Source of the DNA: an uncultured Rhizobiaceae bacterium
GTDB taxonomy: Bacteria > Pseudomonadota > Alphaproteobacteria > UBA828
Assembly: GCA_964623955.1 (NCBI GenBank)
Contig: CAZUVO010000005.1
Location: forward strand, 1-43,330
Reading direction: 5' to 3'
DNA length: 43,330 bases
Made by a program: the position numbers and the translations under genes. Shown one piece after another: positions 1 to 9,055 of the stretch. The notes below the pieces were generated by a model. The model was not told where the DNA came from and did no database searches. It saw only the letters and a program-made list of their open reading frames with translations. Within the stretch, counting starts at the first letter, position 1. Each line of letters starts with the position of its first letter.

Positions 1-233
1 TGGCGCGCGAGCAGGTGAGTTTCGCGGCAACCCGGAAAGAGAAGATCGCCCGCATCGAGGCCCTCGCATGCGGCCATTTCATCGACGATCTCAGCGAAGT
101 GTTCGATCATCCGGAATTTCCCTCCGGCGTCGAGAAAATGCTGTTCGACCGAAGCCGCGCCGCGTCCGACCCGGCGACCGGCGCGTTCGCCAATTGGCAC
201 GACATGACGGATTATCTCCTTGGCGATGACTGA
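1..233 (+). CDS. 3' end of an unidentified CDS entering from upstream of the window
   Basis: The frame starting at nt 3 is open to TGA 231-233, and the listed ORF 15..233 is its tail. GC-rich third positions match the neighbours. The stop overlaps the next start (ATGACTGA). No recognisable motif. Confidence 0.35.
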   Translation, partial: AREQVSFAATRKEKIARIEALACGHFIDDLSEVFDHPEFPSGVEKMLFDRSRAASDPATGAFANWHDMTDYLLGDD

Positions 234-1296
234 ACCAGCCCTTGAGCCGGACGGCACGGCCGAAGCCGCGGCCGAGGCGGTGACGCGCTTGCTCGCGCTC
301 GATGTCACGGGCGTCCGCCGCATGGCCGGCGGCGGCAACAACAAGCTCTGCCGGGTCGAGACGCGGGCGGGAGAAACCCTCGTGACGAAGCATTATTTCC
401 GCCAGCCCTCGGACAATCGCGATCGTCTCGGCGCGGAATTCGACGGTCTGGATTTTCTGTGGCGGAACGGCGTGCGGCAGATCGCCCGGCCTCGCGCTTG
501 CGACCGGGAAAAGGGAATTGGCGTTTACGATCATGTCGCCGGCGAAGCCGCCGGCAACGTCGCGGCCTCCGCCGGCGATGTTCGCCAGGCGGTGCAGTTT
601 CTTGGCCGGCTCAAGGAGCTGACGAATTTGCTTGAGGCAGAGGCGCTGCCGGAAGCCTCGGAGGCCGGCTTCTCCCTCGACGCGCTGCTCGACATCTTGC
701 GCGGCCGGCTGGAGCGGCTCCGCGAGGTCGCACCGGATTCGCCACTGCAAAAAGAGTTCTGCGCTCTTCGCGACGAGCGGATCGCGCCGGCCCTGGAGCG
801 GATCGCGGAATCCGCCCGGTCGCGGCGGTCGGGGGACGGTCATCCGCCGGAGGCGCCCTTGGAGCCCGCCCGGAGAAATCTGAGCTCGTCGGATTTCGGG
901 TTTCACAACGCCATCCGCCGGCCCGATGGCGAGTTGATTTTCGTGGACTTCGAATATTTCGGTTGGGATGATCCGGCCAAGACGGTTTCGGATTTCCTGC
1001 TGCATCCGGCGATGGCGCTGGAGCCCGCGCGGGGTAAGGCGTTTGTCGCGGCCAGCCTGGAGGCGTTCGGCGATGACGATCTCGCCAACCGGCTGCGCGC
1101 CTATTTTCCCCTATTCGGGTTGAAATGGACGATGATTGTGCTGAACGAGTTTCTCCCCGGCGGTTGGAAGCGGCGTCTCTTCTCGGGCGCCGACGCCGAG
1201 AACGAAGAGGCGTATTTGCACGGGCAATTGCATAAGGCCACGGCATTTTTGGAGGGCGCGCTTCGCGCCGACGCGGAATTTCCCTATGGTGCGTAG
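226..1296 (+). CDS. Phosphotransferase-family (APH/choline-kinase-like) small-molecule kinase
   Basis: ORF 220..1296 (TTG 220 or ATG 226). The kinase catalytic segment 'SSDFGFHNAIRRPDGELIFVDFEYFGWDDP' is typical of the aminoglycoside/choline/homoserine-kinase-II fold. Its stop overlaps the next gene by 11 nt. Confidence 0.6.
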   Translation: MTEPALEPDGTAEAAAEAVTRLLALDVTGVRRMAGGGNNKLCRVETRAGETLVTKHYFRQPSDNRDRLGAEFDGLDFLWRNGVRQIARPRACDREKGIGVYDHVAGEAAGNVAASAGDVRQAVQFLGRLKELTNLLEAEALPEASEAGFSLDALLDILRGRLERLREVAPDSPLQKEFCALRDERIAPALERIAESARSRRSGDGHPPEAPLEPARRNLSSSDFGFHNAIRRPDGELIFVDFEYFGWDDPAKTVSDFLLHPAMALEPARGKAFVAASLEAFGDDDLANRLRAYFPLFGLKWTMIVLNEFLPGGWKRRLFSGADAENEEAYLHGQLHKATAFLEGALRADAEFPYGA

Positions 1297-2116
1297 CAAT
1301 TCGCAACTGCCGCTCGATGCCCGCTCGAAGGAGTTGCGGCGCATCGTGCTGCGCATGCTCGAAGCCGGCGACCGCGGTCATCTCGGCGCCGCCTTCTCCA
1401 TGGTCGAGATTTTCCGCGTGCTCTATGACGATGTGCTCAGCTATGAGAGCGCCGAGCCCGACTGGCCGGAGCGCGACCGCTGCATCCTCTCGAAGGGCCA
1501 TGGCTGTCTCGCGCTCTACGCCATCCTCGCCGACAAGGGCTTCTTCCCGGAGAGCGAGCTCGACAAGTTCTGCGCCGTCGACGGCATCCTCGGTGGCCAT
1601 CCCGATGCCGGCAAGGTGCCCGGCGTCGAGGCCTCGACCGGCGCGCTCGGCCACGGCGTCTCCATCGGCGTCGGCATGGCGCTTTCGGCGCGGCTCGACG
1701 GCTCCGGGCGGCGCGTCTATGTCGTCACCGGCGACGGCGAGATCAATGAGGGCGCGGTGTGGGAGGCGGCGATGAGCGCCGCCAAGCACCGCCTCGACAA
1801 TCTCACCGTGCTGGTCGATTACAACAAGCTGCAATCTTACGGCGCGACCAGCGAGGTGCTCGACCTTGAGCCCCTGGCCGACAAATGGGCGGCCTTCGGT
1901 TTCGCCGTCGCCGAGATCGACGGCCACAACGTCGGCGAATTGCAGGACGCGCTCGCGCCCAAGCCCTTCGCGCCCGACAAGCCGCTCGCGATCATCTGCC
2001 ATACCGTGAAGGGCCGCGGCGTCCATTTCGCCGAGAACAATCCCAAATGGCATCACCAAAGTAAGATCGGGCCCGACGGCATGAAGCGCCTGCATGACGG
2101 GCTGGACGCCGCCTGA
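1286..2116 (+). CDS. Transketolase, N-terminal (ThDP-binding) subunit of a split transketolase
   Basis: 'GHLGAAFSMVEI', 'SKGHGCLALYA', 'STGALGHG', and the ThDP motif 'VVTGDGEINEGAVWEAAMSAAKHRLDNLTVLVDYN'. At 276 aa it is the size of a split-type N subunit. Confidence 0.9.
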   Translation: MVRSNSQLPLDARSKELRRIVLRMLEAGDRGHLGAAFSMVEIFRVLYDDVLSYESAEPDWPERDRCILSKGHGCLALYAILADKGFFPESELDKFCAVDGILGGHPDAGKVPGVEASTGALGHGVSIGVGMALSARLDGSGRRVYVVTGDGEINEGAVWEAAMSAAKHRLDNLTVLVDYNKLQSYGATSEVLDLEPLADKWAAFGFAVAEIDGHNVGELQDALAPKPFAPDKPLAIICHTVKGRGVHFAENNPKWHHQSKIGPDGMKRLHDGLDAA

Positions 2117-3069
2117 TGCGCAAGACCAGCCTCAACCAGGTTTATGAGCATGCACTCAAGGACGAGCGCATCGTCTTCATCGGCTCCGATCTCGGCGCCG
2201 GCACCCTCGACGATTTCAAACGCGACATGCCCGAGCGTTTCTTCATGGAAGGCGTCAGCGAATCCCATATCGTCGGCATGGCGACCGGCCTCGCGATGGA
2301 CGGCAAGATCGTCTATGTCAACACCATCGCGACCTTCCTCACCCGGCGCTGCTTCGAGCAGCTGGTCAATGATGCCTGCCTGCACGAAGCCAAGGTGCGC
2401 CTCATCGCCAATGGCGGCGGGCTGGTCTACGCGCCTCTCGGCCCGACCCATTTGGCGACGGACGATATCGCCATCCTGCGCGCCATTCCCAATATGACCA
2501 TCGTGGCGCCGTCGGACGCCGAAGAGATGAAGCGCCTCATCCCGCAAACCATCGACTGGCCGGGCCCGCTCTATATCCGCCTGGCGAAAGGCGGCGACAA
2601 GGTGGTGAGCCGCGACGATCTGCCGTTCGAAATCGGCCGCGCCATCGAGCTGAGGCCGGGCGGCGATGTCACCCTGGTGACCACCGGCGTGACCTTGCAG
2701 GTCGCTCTCGATGCGGCGGCTCGGCTCGCGGGTGAAGGCATTGATGCCGGCGTGCTGCATATGCACACAATCAAGCCGCTCGACGCGGCGGCACTGATGG
2801 AGAGACTCTCGAAGGTGCCGGCCATGGTAACGATCGAGGAACATTCCCTGATGGGCGGGCTCGGCAGCGCGGTGGCGGAGCTGATCGCGGAATCCGACAT
2901 GGCGGTGAGTTTCCGCCGCATCGGCATCCCGGACGTCTTCCCCCATCAATATGGCCGCCAGGAGGATCTGATGCGCACTTACGGCATCACGCCGGAGAAC
3001 GTCGCGGCGGTGGCGGCGGATATGCTGGGCGCCGCGCCGCAAGCCGGCGCCAAGGCGGAAAGCGGCTAG
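2116..3069 (+). CDS. Transketolase, C-terminal (pyrimidine-binding) subunit
   Basis: 'RFFMEGVSESHIVGMATGLAMDGKIVYVNTIATFL', 'GPTHLATDDIAILRAIPNMTIVAPSD'. The ATG shares 1 nt with the upstream TGA (2114-2116). Confidence 0.9.
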   Translation: MRKTSLNQVYEHALKDERIVFIGSDLGAGTLDDFKRDMPERFFMEGVSESHIVGMATGLAMDGKIVYVNTIATFLTRRCFEQLVNDACLHEAKVRLIANGGGLVYAPLGPTHLATDDIAILRAIPNMTIVAPSDAEEMKRLIPQTIDWPGPLYIRLAKGGDKVVSRDDLPFEIGRAIELRPGGDVTLVTTGVTLQVALDAAARLAGEGIDAGVLHMHTIKPLDAAALMERLSKVPAMVTIEEHSLMGGLGSAVAELIAESDMAVSFRRIGIPDVFPHQYGRQEDLMRTYGITPENVAAVAADMLGAAPQAGAKAESG

Positions 3070-3077
3070 GCGGCGCC

Positions 3078-3914
3078 ATGACCTCCACCATTCTCACCGG
3101 TCTCGACGGCAATGCGTTTCTCTCGCCGGAGGAAATCGCGCTCTCGAAGCAGTTTATCGAGCAGGGCTATTGCATCATTCCCGTCGAGGACAAGGCGGGT
3201 CTCGACCGCATCCGTGGCGCCATCGCCGGGCTTGCGGCCGCCGGTCTGAAAGGCGATGCGCCGGCCGAACCCGGCGCTTATCTCAATGGCGTCCATGCGG
3301 AGATCGGGCCGGATGGGCTCAATGAATTCCGCCTCGCCATCATCCGCGACATCAACCGCGAGGACTGGCTGCGCCCGACTTATTTCGGCCTGGCGCGCGC
3401 CGCGCTGCAAGCCATCGTCGGCAACGAGCTGGCGATGCAGCGGCGCATCAATCTCAGCATTCAATTGCCCGGCGACGACGGCTCGCTGCTGCCGATTCAT
3501 TGCGATGTGTGGGCCGGCGATTCACCGTTCGAGGCGGTGTTGTGGCTGCCGCTGGTGGATTGCGCCGGGACCAAATCGATGTTCATCGTCCCGCCCGAGG
3601 CCAATGCGGAGATCCAATCCCGGCTCAACGAGTTCAGCACCCGCAGCAGCGAGGATCTGTTCGCCGAAGTGGCGCCGCATCTCGAATGGATCGACATCCG
3701 CTATGGCGAGGCGCTGCTGTTCAATCAGAATCTCATGCATGGCAATCGGATCAACGAGACCAATGAGACCCGCTGGAGCATGAATTGCCGCTTCAAGGGT
3801 GCGTTCACGCCCTATGCGGAAAAGAATCTCGGCGAGTTTTTCGAGCCCATTACCTTGCGCGCGGCATCGCGCATCGGTCTTTCCTACGAGCTGCCCGATG
3901 GCTTCGACAGCTAA
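3078..3914 (+). CDS. 2-oxoglutarate/Fe(II)-dependent oxygenase (PhyH-like), carbohydrate-cluster type
   Basis: Candidate facial triad: 'LLPIHCDVW' (HxD) plus distal His in 'NLMHGN'. A candidate 2OG-binding Arg lies in 'ETRWSMNCRF'. From memory it resembles proteins annotated as 'sporadic carbohydrate cluster 2OG-Fe(II) oxygenase'. Confidence 0.65.
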   Translation: MTSTILTGLDGNAFLSPEEIALSKQFIEQGYCIIPVEDKAGLDRIRGAIAGLAAAGLKGDAPAEPGAYLNGVHAEIGPDGLNEFRLAIIRDINREDWLRPTYFGLARAALQAIVGNELAMQRRINLSIQLPGDDGSLLPIHCDVWAGDSPFEAVLWLPLVDCAGTKSMFIVPPEANAEIQSRLNEFSTRSSEDLFAEVAPHLEWIDIRYGEALLFNQNLMHGNRINETNETRWSMNCRFKGAFTPYAEKNLGEFFEPITLRAASRIGLSYELPDGFDS

Positions 3915-4323
3915 ACGGTCCGGCTATCGCGGCTATATCGGCAGCCGGCCCTTTATGGGCGAGAACGCCACCCAGCAGGTGCAGAATATCGTCATCGTCA
4001 ATTATGCCGAGCGCGAGAAACTGCATTATCTGTTGAGCGCGACGGAATATGCCATGCCCGACTGCATGATGATGCTGGAACAGGTGATCGACGAGCTGCC
4101 GCAATTGGAGGGCGCGATCTGCTATTCCCTGTTCATGCTGCCGCGCCAGGCCGAACGCCGCCAGCGGGTCTATCAATCGGTTATCGATTCCGGAGCGGAG
4201 ATGCATTTTGCCGTCGAGCGCACGGTTCTCCGCCACGAAGAAGATATTCCCGGCATCGAAGCGCTCTGGCTCATGCGCCGCGCCCTGCCGCATTGTCCGA
4301 AGGAGCTGCCGGCATGGAACTGA
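3898..4323 (+). CDS. Small conserved protein of unknown function that accompanies carbohydrate clusters
   Basis: In-frame ATG at 3898 within ORF 3799..4323, a 17-nt overlap with the upstream gene. The N-terminus 'GYRGYIGSRPFMGENATQQVQNIVIVNYAEREKL' resembles, from memory, the 'sporadic carbohydrate cluster protein' family. No catalytic motif recognised. Confidence 0.45.
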   Translation: MASTAKRSGYRGYIGSRPFMGENATQQVQNIVIVNYAEREKLHYLLSATEYAMPDCMMMLEQVIDELPQLEGAICYSLFMLPRQAERRQRVYQSVIDSGAEMHFAVERTVLRHEEDIPGIEALWLMRRALPHCPKELPAWN

Positions 4324-4979
4324 TCGATTTCGTCGGCCCGGTGCACCGCAGCACCGCGCGCGATTACGTCGCCCGGGTGACCGAGCATGACAAGGCGGAA
4401 TGCGCCACGATCGCCAAGCGCTTCGACAAGGACTATTGGGACGGTGCGCGGCATTTCGGCTATGGCGGCTATTCCTATGACGGGCGCTGGCGCCCGGTGG
4501 CCGAGCGCATGGCCGAGCATTACGGCCTCAAGGCCGGCGACCGCGTGCTCGATGTCGGCTGCGGCAAGGCCTATATGCTCTATGAGCTGACCCAGGCGGT
4601 GCCCGGGCTCGAAGTGGCGGGCGTCGATATTTCCGAATATGGCCTCGCCAACGCCAAGGAAGAGGTGCGCGACCATCTGCAGCTCGCCGGCGCGACCGAG
4701 CTGCCCTTCGCCGACGGCGCGTTCGACATGGCTTTCTCGCTCGCCACCTTTCACAATTTCTATGTCTTCGACGCCATCCAGGCGCTGCGCGAAATCCAGC
4801 GCGTCTGCCCGGGGCCGAAGAAATATGTCATGGTCGAGTCCTATCGCAACGAGCGCGAGAAGGCGAACCTGCTCTATTGGCAGCTCACCTGCGAAAGCTT
4901 CTTCACCCCTGACGAATGGAAATGGTGCTTCGATCAGGCCGGATATGATGGCGATTACGGCTTCATCTATTTCGAATAG
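4314..4979 (+). CDS. Class I SAM-dependent methyltransferase
   Basis: Motif I 'VLDVGCGKAYMLYEL', then 'VAGVDISEYGL' and 'LPFADGAFDMAFS'. The start is ATG 4314 (ATGGAACTGA overlap); 4293 is an alternative. Confidence 0.8.
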   Translation: MELIDFVGPVHRSTARDYVARVTEHDKAECATIAKRFDKDYWDGARHFGYGGYSYDGRWRPVAERMAEHYGLKAGDRVLDVGCGKAYMLYELTQAVPGLEVAGVDISEYGLANAKEEVRDHLQLAGATELPFADGAFDMAFSLATFHNFYVFDAIQALREIQRVCPGPKKYVMVESYRNEREKANLLYWQLTCESFFTPDEWKWCFDQAGYDGDYGFIYFE

Positions 4980-4988
4980 GCCCGGCCG

Positions 4989-5921
4989 ATGACCGCGCCG
5001 CAAGCCGCCGGCGATCTGCTCGTGCTCGGCGGCTCGAGTTATGTCGGCCGGCATCTGTTGCCGCGGCTGGTGGCCGGCCGCCATGTCGCGACCTATGCCG
5101 CGAATCCGTTTCCGGGCGGGGAGCATTTCGATTGCGCCGCAATGCGCCTCGCGGATTCAGGGATCGGCGATCTCGCGCGCTTCGACAGCGCGCTTCTCCT
5201 GCTCGGCGATACGGAGCCCAATTCCTGCGTGCGCGATCCGGCGCGCTCGCAGGCGGTCAATGTCGATGGCATCAAAGCGGTGATCGACGACCTCGCCGCC
5301 GCCGGGGTGCGGCCGGTCTTCGTTTCGAGCGAATTCCTGTTCGACGGGCGCGGCGGGCCCTATAGCGAATCCGATCCGCCCAATCCGATTCTTCTCTATG
5401 GCAGGCAAAAGCTCGAGATCGAGCGCCATCTTGAAGCGGTGCTGGAGGATTACGCCATCCTGCGCCTGGCCAAGGTCTATGGCGAGACGCCGGGCGACGG
5501 TACCTTGTTCACCAATTGGCTGGCGCCGGTCGCCGAGGGTGGCCATCTCAAATGCGCGAGCGATCAGTTTTTCTCGCCGATCTTCGTCGATGATGTGGTC
5601 GATGCCCTGCTATTGGCGGCGGACCGCCGCATTCGCGGCACGTTCCACCTCGGCGGCCCGCAAAGGCTGAGCCGCATGGCCTGCCTGCAGGCGCTGATCG
5701 ATGCGGCCAGCGCGCTGCGGCCGGTCGATCTCGCGATCGAGCCCTGCGGGATCAATGATTTCGATTTTCCCGAGGACCGCCCGCTCGATGTCAGCCTGCG
5801 GATCGACAAGCTCGCCGGTGCGGTGGATTTCCGTCCGCTCGACGTCGCGGCGTTCTGCCGCCGCCTCGCCGCCGCTCATTTTGGCGCCGGTAACGCGCGG
5901 GCGAGCGGGGCGCCGGCATGA
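4989..5921 (+). CDS. NAD(P)-dependent SDR, RmlD-like sugar 4-ketoreductase/epimerase family
   Basis: Rossmann start 'LLVLGGSSYVGRHL'. Catalytic YxxxK in 'LYGRQKLEIE'. 'FHLGGPQRLSRMACL' is typical of the RmlD substrate-binding domain. Confidence 0.65.
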   Translation: MTAPQAAGDLLVLGGSSYVGRHLLPRLVAGRHVATYAANPFPGGEHFDCAAMRLADSGIGDLARFDSALLLLGDTEPNSCVRDPARSQAVNVDGIKAVIDDLAAAGVRPVFVSSEFLFDGRGGPYSESDPPNPILLYGRQKLEIERHLEAVLEDYAILRLAKVYGETPGDGTLFTNWLAPVAEGGHLKCASDQFFSPIFVDDVVDALLLAADRRIRGTFHLGGPQRLSRMACLQALIDAASALRPVDLAIEPCGINDFDFPEDRPLDVSLRIDKLAGAVDFRPLDVAAFCRRLAAAHFGAGNARASGAPA

Positions 5922-6472
5922 AACTCTCCGCCATATCCCTGCTGGCGCCGGATGCGGCGAAGCTGCGCGAGGACACCGGCGCGAAATCGGTCTCCTTCTT
6001 CTGTATCGAGCGGCCGGTGCGCATCGATCGGCTGCTGCTCGACGAGATGAAACAGGTCTCCGCCCAGCGCGGCGGGCGCAATGTGCGCATCTGCCTCCAT
6101 AGCGCGCCGGAGGACGATCACCACGACATGGTCGTGCTTGAGCGCAGCGGCAATTACTACCGCCCGCACAAACATGCGGCGAAGGGCGAGTGTTTCCATG
6201 TGATGGACGGCAAACTCGGCCTGCTGGCCTTCGACGAAGCCGGCCAGGTGGTCGACGCGGCGGTGCTCGAAGCCGGCGAGGTCTACCGCATCGCCGTCGG
6301 CATGTATCACGCGGTGATGCCGATGAGCGACCCGGTGATCTATCATGAATCGAAGCCCGGCCCTTTTCTCGGCGAGGGCGATAGCATATACCCCGATTGG
6401 GCGCCGCCCGAGGAAGACGAAGACGCGGTGGCGGCGTTCAACAAGATGGCGCGAGCCAATCTTACGGACTGA
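5918..6472 (+). CDS. WbuC-family cupin-fold protein
   Basis: 'NVRICLHSAPEDDHHDMVVLERSGNYYRPHKHAAKGECFHVMDGKLGLLAFDEAG' matches the WbuC cupin pattern as I recall it. ATGA overlap with the upstream SDR. Confidence 0.6.
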   Translation: MKLSAISLLAPDAAKLREDTGAKSVSFFCIERPVRIDRLLLDEMKQVSAQRGGRNVRICLHSAPEDDHHDMVVLERSGNYYRPHKHAAKGECFHVMDGKLGLLAFDEAGQVVDAAVLEAGEVYRIAVGMYHAVMPMSDPVIYHESKPGPFLGEGDSIYPDWAPPEEDEDAVAAFNKMARANLTD

Positions 6473-6488
6473 GCGGAAAAACAGGCGT

Positions 6489-7529
6489 ATGAGCATGGCA
6501 ATCGAAATCGCGGGGCGAAAAATCGGCGCGGGCCATCCGGTCTTCATCGTCGCCGAAGCCTGCGACAATCATCTCGGCAATACGGAGGCGGCGCGCGAGA
6601 TGATCACCCGGGCGCATGCCGCCGGCGCGGATGCGGTCAAGTTTCAGCATCACCTGCCGGACGAGGAAATGCTGCCGGACGCGCCCATGTCGGACAATTT
6701 CGAAGAGCCGCTCTACGAGTTTCTCAAGAAATACGCCCTCACCCTCGATCAGCACCGCGAGCTCAAATCCTTCTGCGAGGAGACCGGCATTCTCTATATG
6801 TGCACGCCCTTTAGCTACGCCGCGGCCGAGGAGCTGAACAGTCTCGGCGTCTCCGCCTACAAGATCGGCTCCGGCGAGATGACCGACGTGCCCTCGCTCG
6901 AGCGGATCGCCGATTTCGGCCAGCCAATGATCGTCTCCACCGGCATGTGCACCCTCGATGAGATCGAGCGCACCTACCGCGCCGTGGTCGCGCGCAACCC
7001 GGCGCTCGCGCTCTTGAACTGCGTGAGCGAATATCCGCCGGCCTATGAGGATATCAATCTCGACGTTATCACCGTCATGCGGGAGCGTTTTCCCGAGGCG
7101 GTGATCGGCCATTCCGACCACACGCCGGATCTCTTCACCTGCTTCGCCGCCGTCACCCTGGGCGCGGCGATCATCGAAAAGCATGTCATCCTCGATAAGG
7201 CGCAGCCCGGGCCGGATCAGTCGGTGTCGATCGATTTCGACGACCTCGCCACCCTCGTCGACGGCATCCGTAAGATCGAGGCGGCGCGCGGCGACAGCCG
7301 TGAAGTGCACGGCTTGGAGCAGCCGATCCGCACCTGGGCCTTCCGCAGCCTGGTGACCACGCGCGCGGTGAAAAGCGGCGAAGTGATTTCCGAGGACATG
7401 ATCTGGTCGAAACGGCCGGGCACAGGCATTCCGTCGCACCGCATGGCCGAGGTGATCGGCCGCCGCGCCGCCCGCGATCTCGGCGAGAATATCCTTCTCA
7501 GCTGGGACGATTTCGAATCCGCCTCATGA
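6489..7529 (+). CDS. neuB: N-acetylneuraminate (nonulosonate) synthase family, NeuB/LegI/PseI-like
   Basis: The true start is ATG 6489 ('MSMAIEIAGRKIGAGHPVFIVAEACDNHLGN'). Also 'AGADAVKFQHH', 'YKIGSGEMTD', and a C-terminal SAF-like domain 'RAVKSGEVISEDMIWSKRPGTGI'. Confidence 0.9.
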   Translation: MSMAIEIAGRKIGAGHPVFIVAEACDNHLGNTEAAREMITRAHAAGADAVKFQHHLPDEEMLPDAPMSDNFEEPLYEFLKKYALTLDQHRELKSFCEETGILYMCTPFSYAAAEELNSLGVSAYKIGSGEMTDVPSLERIADFGQPMIVSTGMCTLDEIERTYRAVVARNPALALLNCVSEYPPAYEDINLDVITVMRERFPEAVIGHSDHTPDLFTCFAAVTLGAAIIEKHVILDKAQPGPDQSVSIDFDDLATLVDGIRKIEAARGDSREVHGLEQPIRTWAFRSLVTTRAVKSGEVISEDMIWSKRPGTGIPSHRMAEVIGRRAARDLGENILLSWDDFESAS

Positions 7530-8659
7530 AACTGCTCTTTCTCACCGGCTCACGCAGCGAGTGGGGCTATATCCGCCCCATCCTCCGCCTGTGTGAAAAA
7601 CGCGGCGTCGAATACGATATTTGCGCCACCAATATGCTGCTGCTGCCGGCTTACGGCACGCTGGTCGACGAGATCCGCAATGACGGCTTCACGGTCTCCG
7701 ACGAGCTCTATATGGCGATGGAGGGGCACAATCATTACTCCATGTCCAAATCGCTCGGCGTCTTCCTGAGCTCCTTCGTCGATACCCTGAACCGGGTGCG
7801 CCCAACCTGGGTGGTGCTGTCCGGCGACCGGGCGGAGCAGCTCATGGGCGCGGTCGCCGCCGCCTATACCTATACGCCGGTGGCCCATATTCAGGCCGGC
7901 GAGCGCTCGGGCAATATCGACGGGGTGAGCCGGCATGCCATCGGCAAGCTGGTGCATCTCCATTTCGCCGCCAATGAGGACGCCGCCACGCGGCTGCGCA
8001 ATCTCGGCGAGGAGGATTTCCGTATCCAAAATGTCGGCGCGCCGCAATTGGATGAAATCGTCGATGGCGGCTTTCCCCGCCGCGAGGATTTGGCGCGTAA
8101 ATACGGCATCGATCTCGCCCGGCCCTATCTTCTCGTCGTACAGCATCCGGTCACCGAAGAGATGGACAGTGCTTATGACCAGACCATGACTCTGGGCCAG
8201 GCGCTGGAGGGTATGGATATCCAGAAGATCTGGGTGCTGCCCAACAATGATGCCGGCGCGGGCGCGGTCAGGCGCGCGCTGTTCAAATTCCGCGCCGGCG
8301 ACACGCAAATGTTCGACAATCTGTCGCGCGGCGATTATCTCGGCTTTCTTGCGGGCGCCGCCGCGATCGTCGGCAATTCGAGCTCCGGCATTCTCGAGGC
8401 GCCCACCCTCAAGGTCGCCGCGGTCAATATCGGCCGCCGCCAGCTCGACCGGGTGCGCGGCGCCAATGTGATCGACGTGCCCGTCGGTTTCGAGGCAATA
8501 CAACAAGGCGTGACACAGGCGCTGTCGGATGAATTTCAGGCGCAGCTCAATTCCTGCGCCAACCCCTATGGCGACGGAAAATCCTCGGGCCGTATCATCG
8601 ATTGCCTGGCGAACACAGCGGTCGATGACCGGCTGTTGATCAAGCGACTGACCCTTTAA
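7526..8659 (+). CDS. neuC: UDP-N-acetylglucosamine 2-epimerase, hydrolysing (NeuC/LegG-like)
   Basis: 'MKLLFLTGSRSEWGYIRPIL', 'VLSGDRAEQLMGAVAAAY', 'HIQAGERSGNIDG', 'IVGNSSSGILEAP'. ATGA overlap with neuB. Confidence 0.85.
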   Translation: MKLLFLTGSRSEWGYIRPILRLCEKRGVEYDICATNMLLLPAYGTLVDEIRNDGFTVSDELYMAMEGHNHYSMSKSLGVFLSSFVDTLNRVRPTWVVLSGDRAEQLMGAVAAAYTYTPVAHIQAGERSGNIDGVSRHAIGKLVHLHFAANEDAATRLRNLGEEDFRIQNVGAPQLDEIVDGGFPRREDLARKYGIDLARPYLLVVQHPVTEEMDSAYDQTMTLGQALEGMDIQKIWVLPNNDAGAGAVRRALFKFRAGDTQMFDNLSRGDYLGFLAGAAAIVGNSSSGILEAPTLKVAAVNIGRRQLDRVRGANVIDVPVGFEAIQQGVTQALSDEFQAQLNSCANPYGDGKSSGRIIDCLANTAVDDRLLIKRLTL

Positions 8660-8665
8660 TGCAAA

Positions 8666-9055
8666 TTGGCGGATTGGACCCGGCAGATGGCAAATGATTT
8701 TTCGGACTATGTCGTTGCCCATGGCGCCACGTTGTTGGACGCGGCGGAAGTCATCGAACACAGTCACAGCCGAAGCGCGGTCGTTGTCGAAGGCGAAAAG
8801 GTTGTCGGCATAATCAGCGAGGGCGATATTCTGCGTGCGCTTTTGCACGGGGTCGGCGTGCGCGCGCCGCTCGCCGATTTCGTCAATCACGGTTTTAAGT
8901 TCCTCGACGCGCCGGACGAAGCGCGCGCCCTCGAACTGTTCAGGGATTTCGGCATCGCCCTCATTCCCGTGCTCGATTCCGAGTTTCGTCTGACCGGTGT
9001 GGTGACGCTGCAGGAAACTCTGAAGTCGGTGGAACTGACTGTTTCGAAATCTTGA
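8666..9055 (+). CDS. CBS-domain pair protein
   Basis: 'AVVVEGEKVVGIISEGDILRALL' and 'LIPVLDSEFRLTGVVTLQETL' are two CBS motifs. TTG 8666 or ATG 8687 start. TTGA overlap with neuA. Confidence 0.7.
   Translation: MADWTRQMANDFSDYVVAHGATLLDAAEVIEHSHSRSAVVVEGEKVVGIISEGDILRALLHGVGVRAPLADFVNHGFKFLDAPDEARALELFRDFGIALIPVLDSEFRLTGVVTLQETLKSVELTVSKS

Noticed and set aside
611-2095. Very long antisense and alternative-frame ORFs in the GC-rich parts, e.g. 611-2095(-) 494 aa, 2053-3042(-), 7550-8890(-) 446 aa, 19728-21167(-) 479 aa, 22048-23622(-) 524 aa, 25372-26403(-), 12660-13514(-).
   Set aside because: Their translations are Arg/Ala/Gly/Pro-rich low-complexity strings with no motifs. They lie exactly opposite or out of frame to CDSs with strong family signatures. 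This is the usual stop-codon depletion artefact of high-GC DNA.
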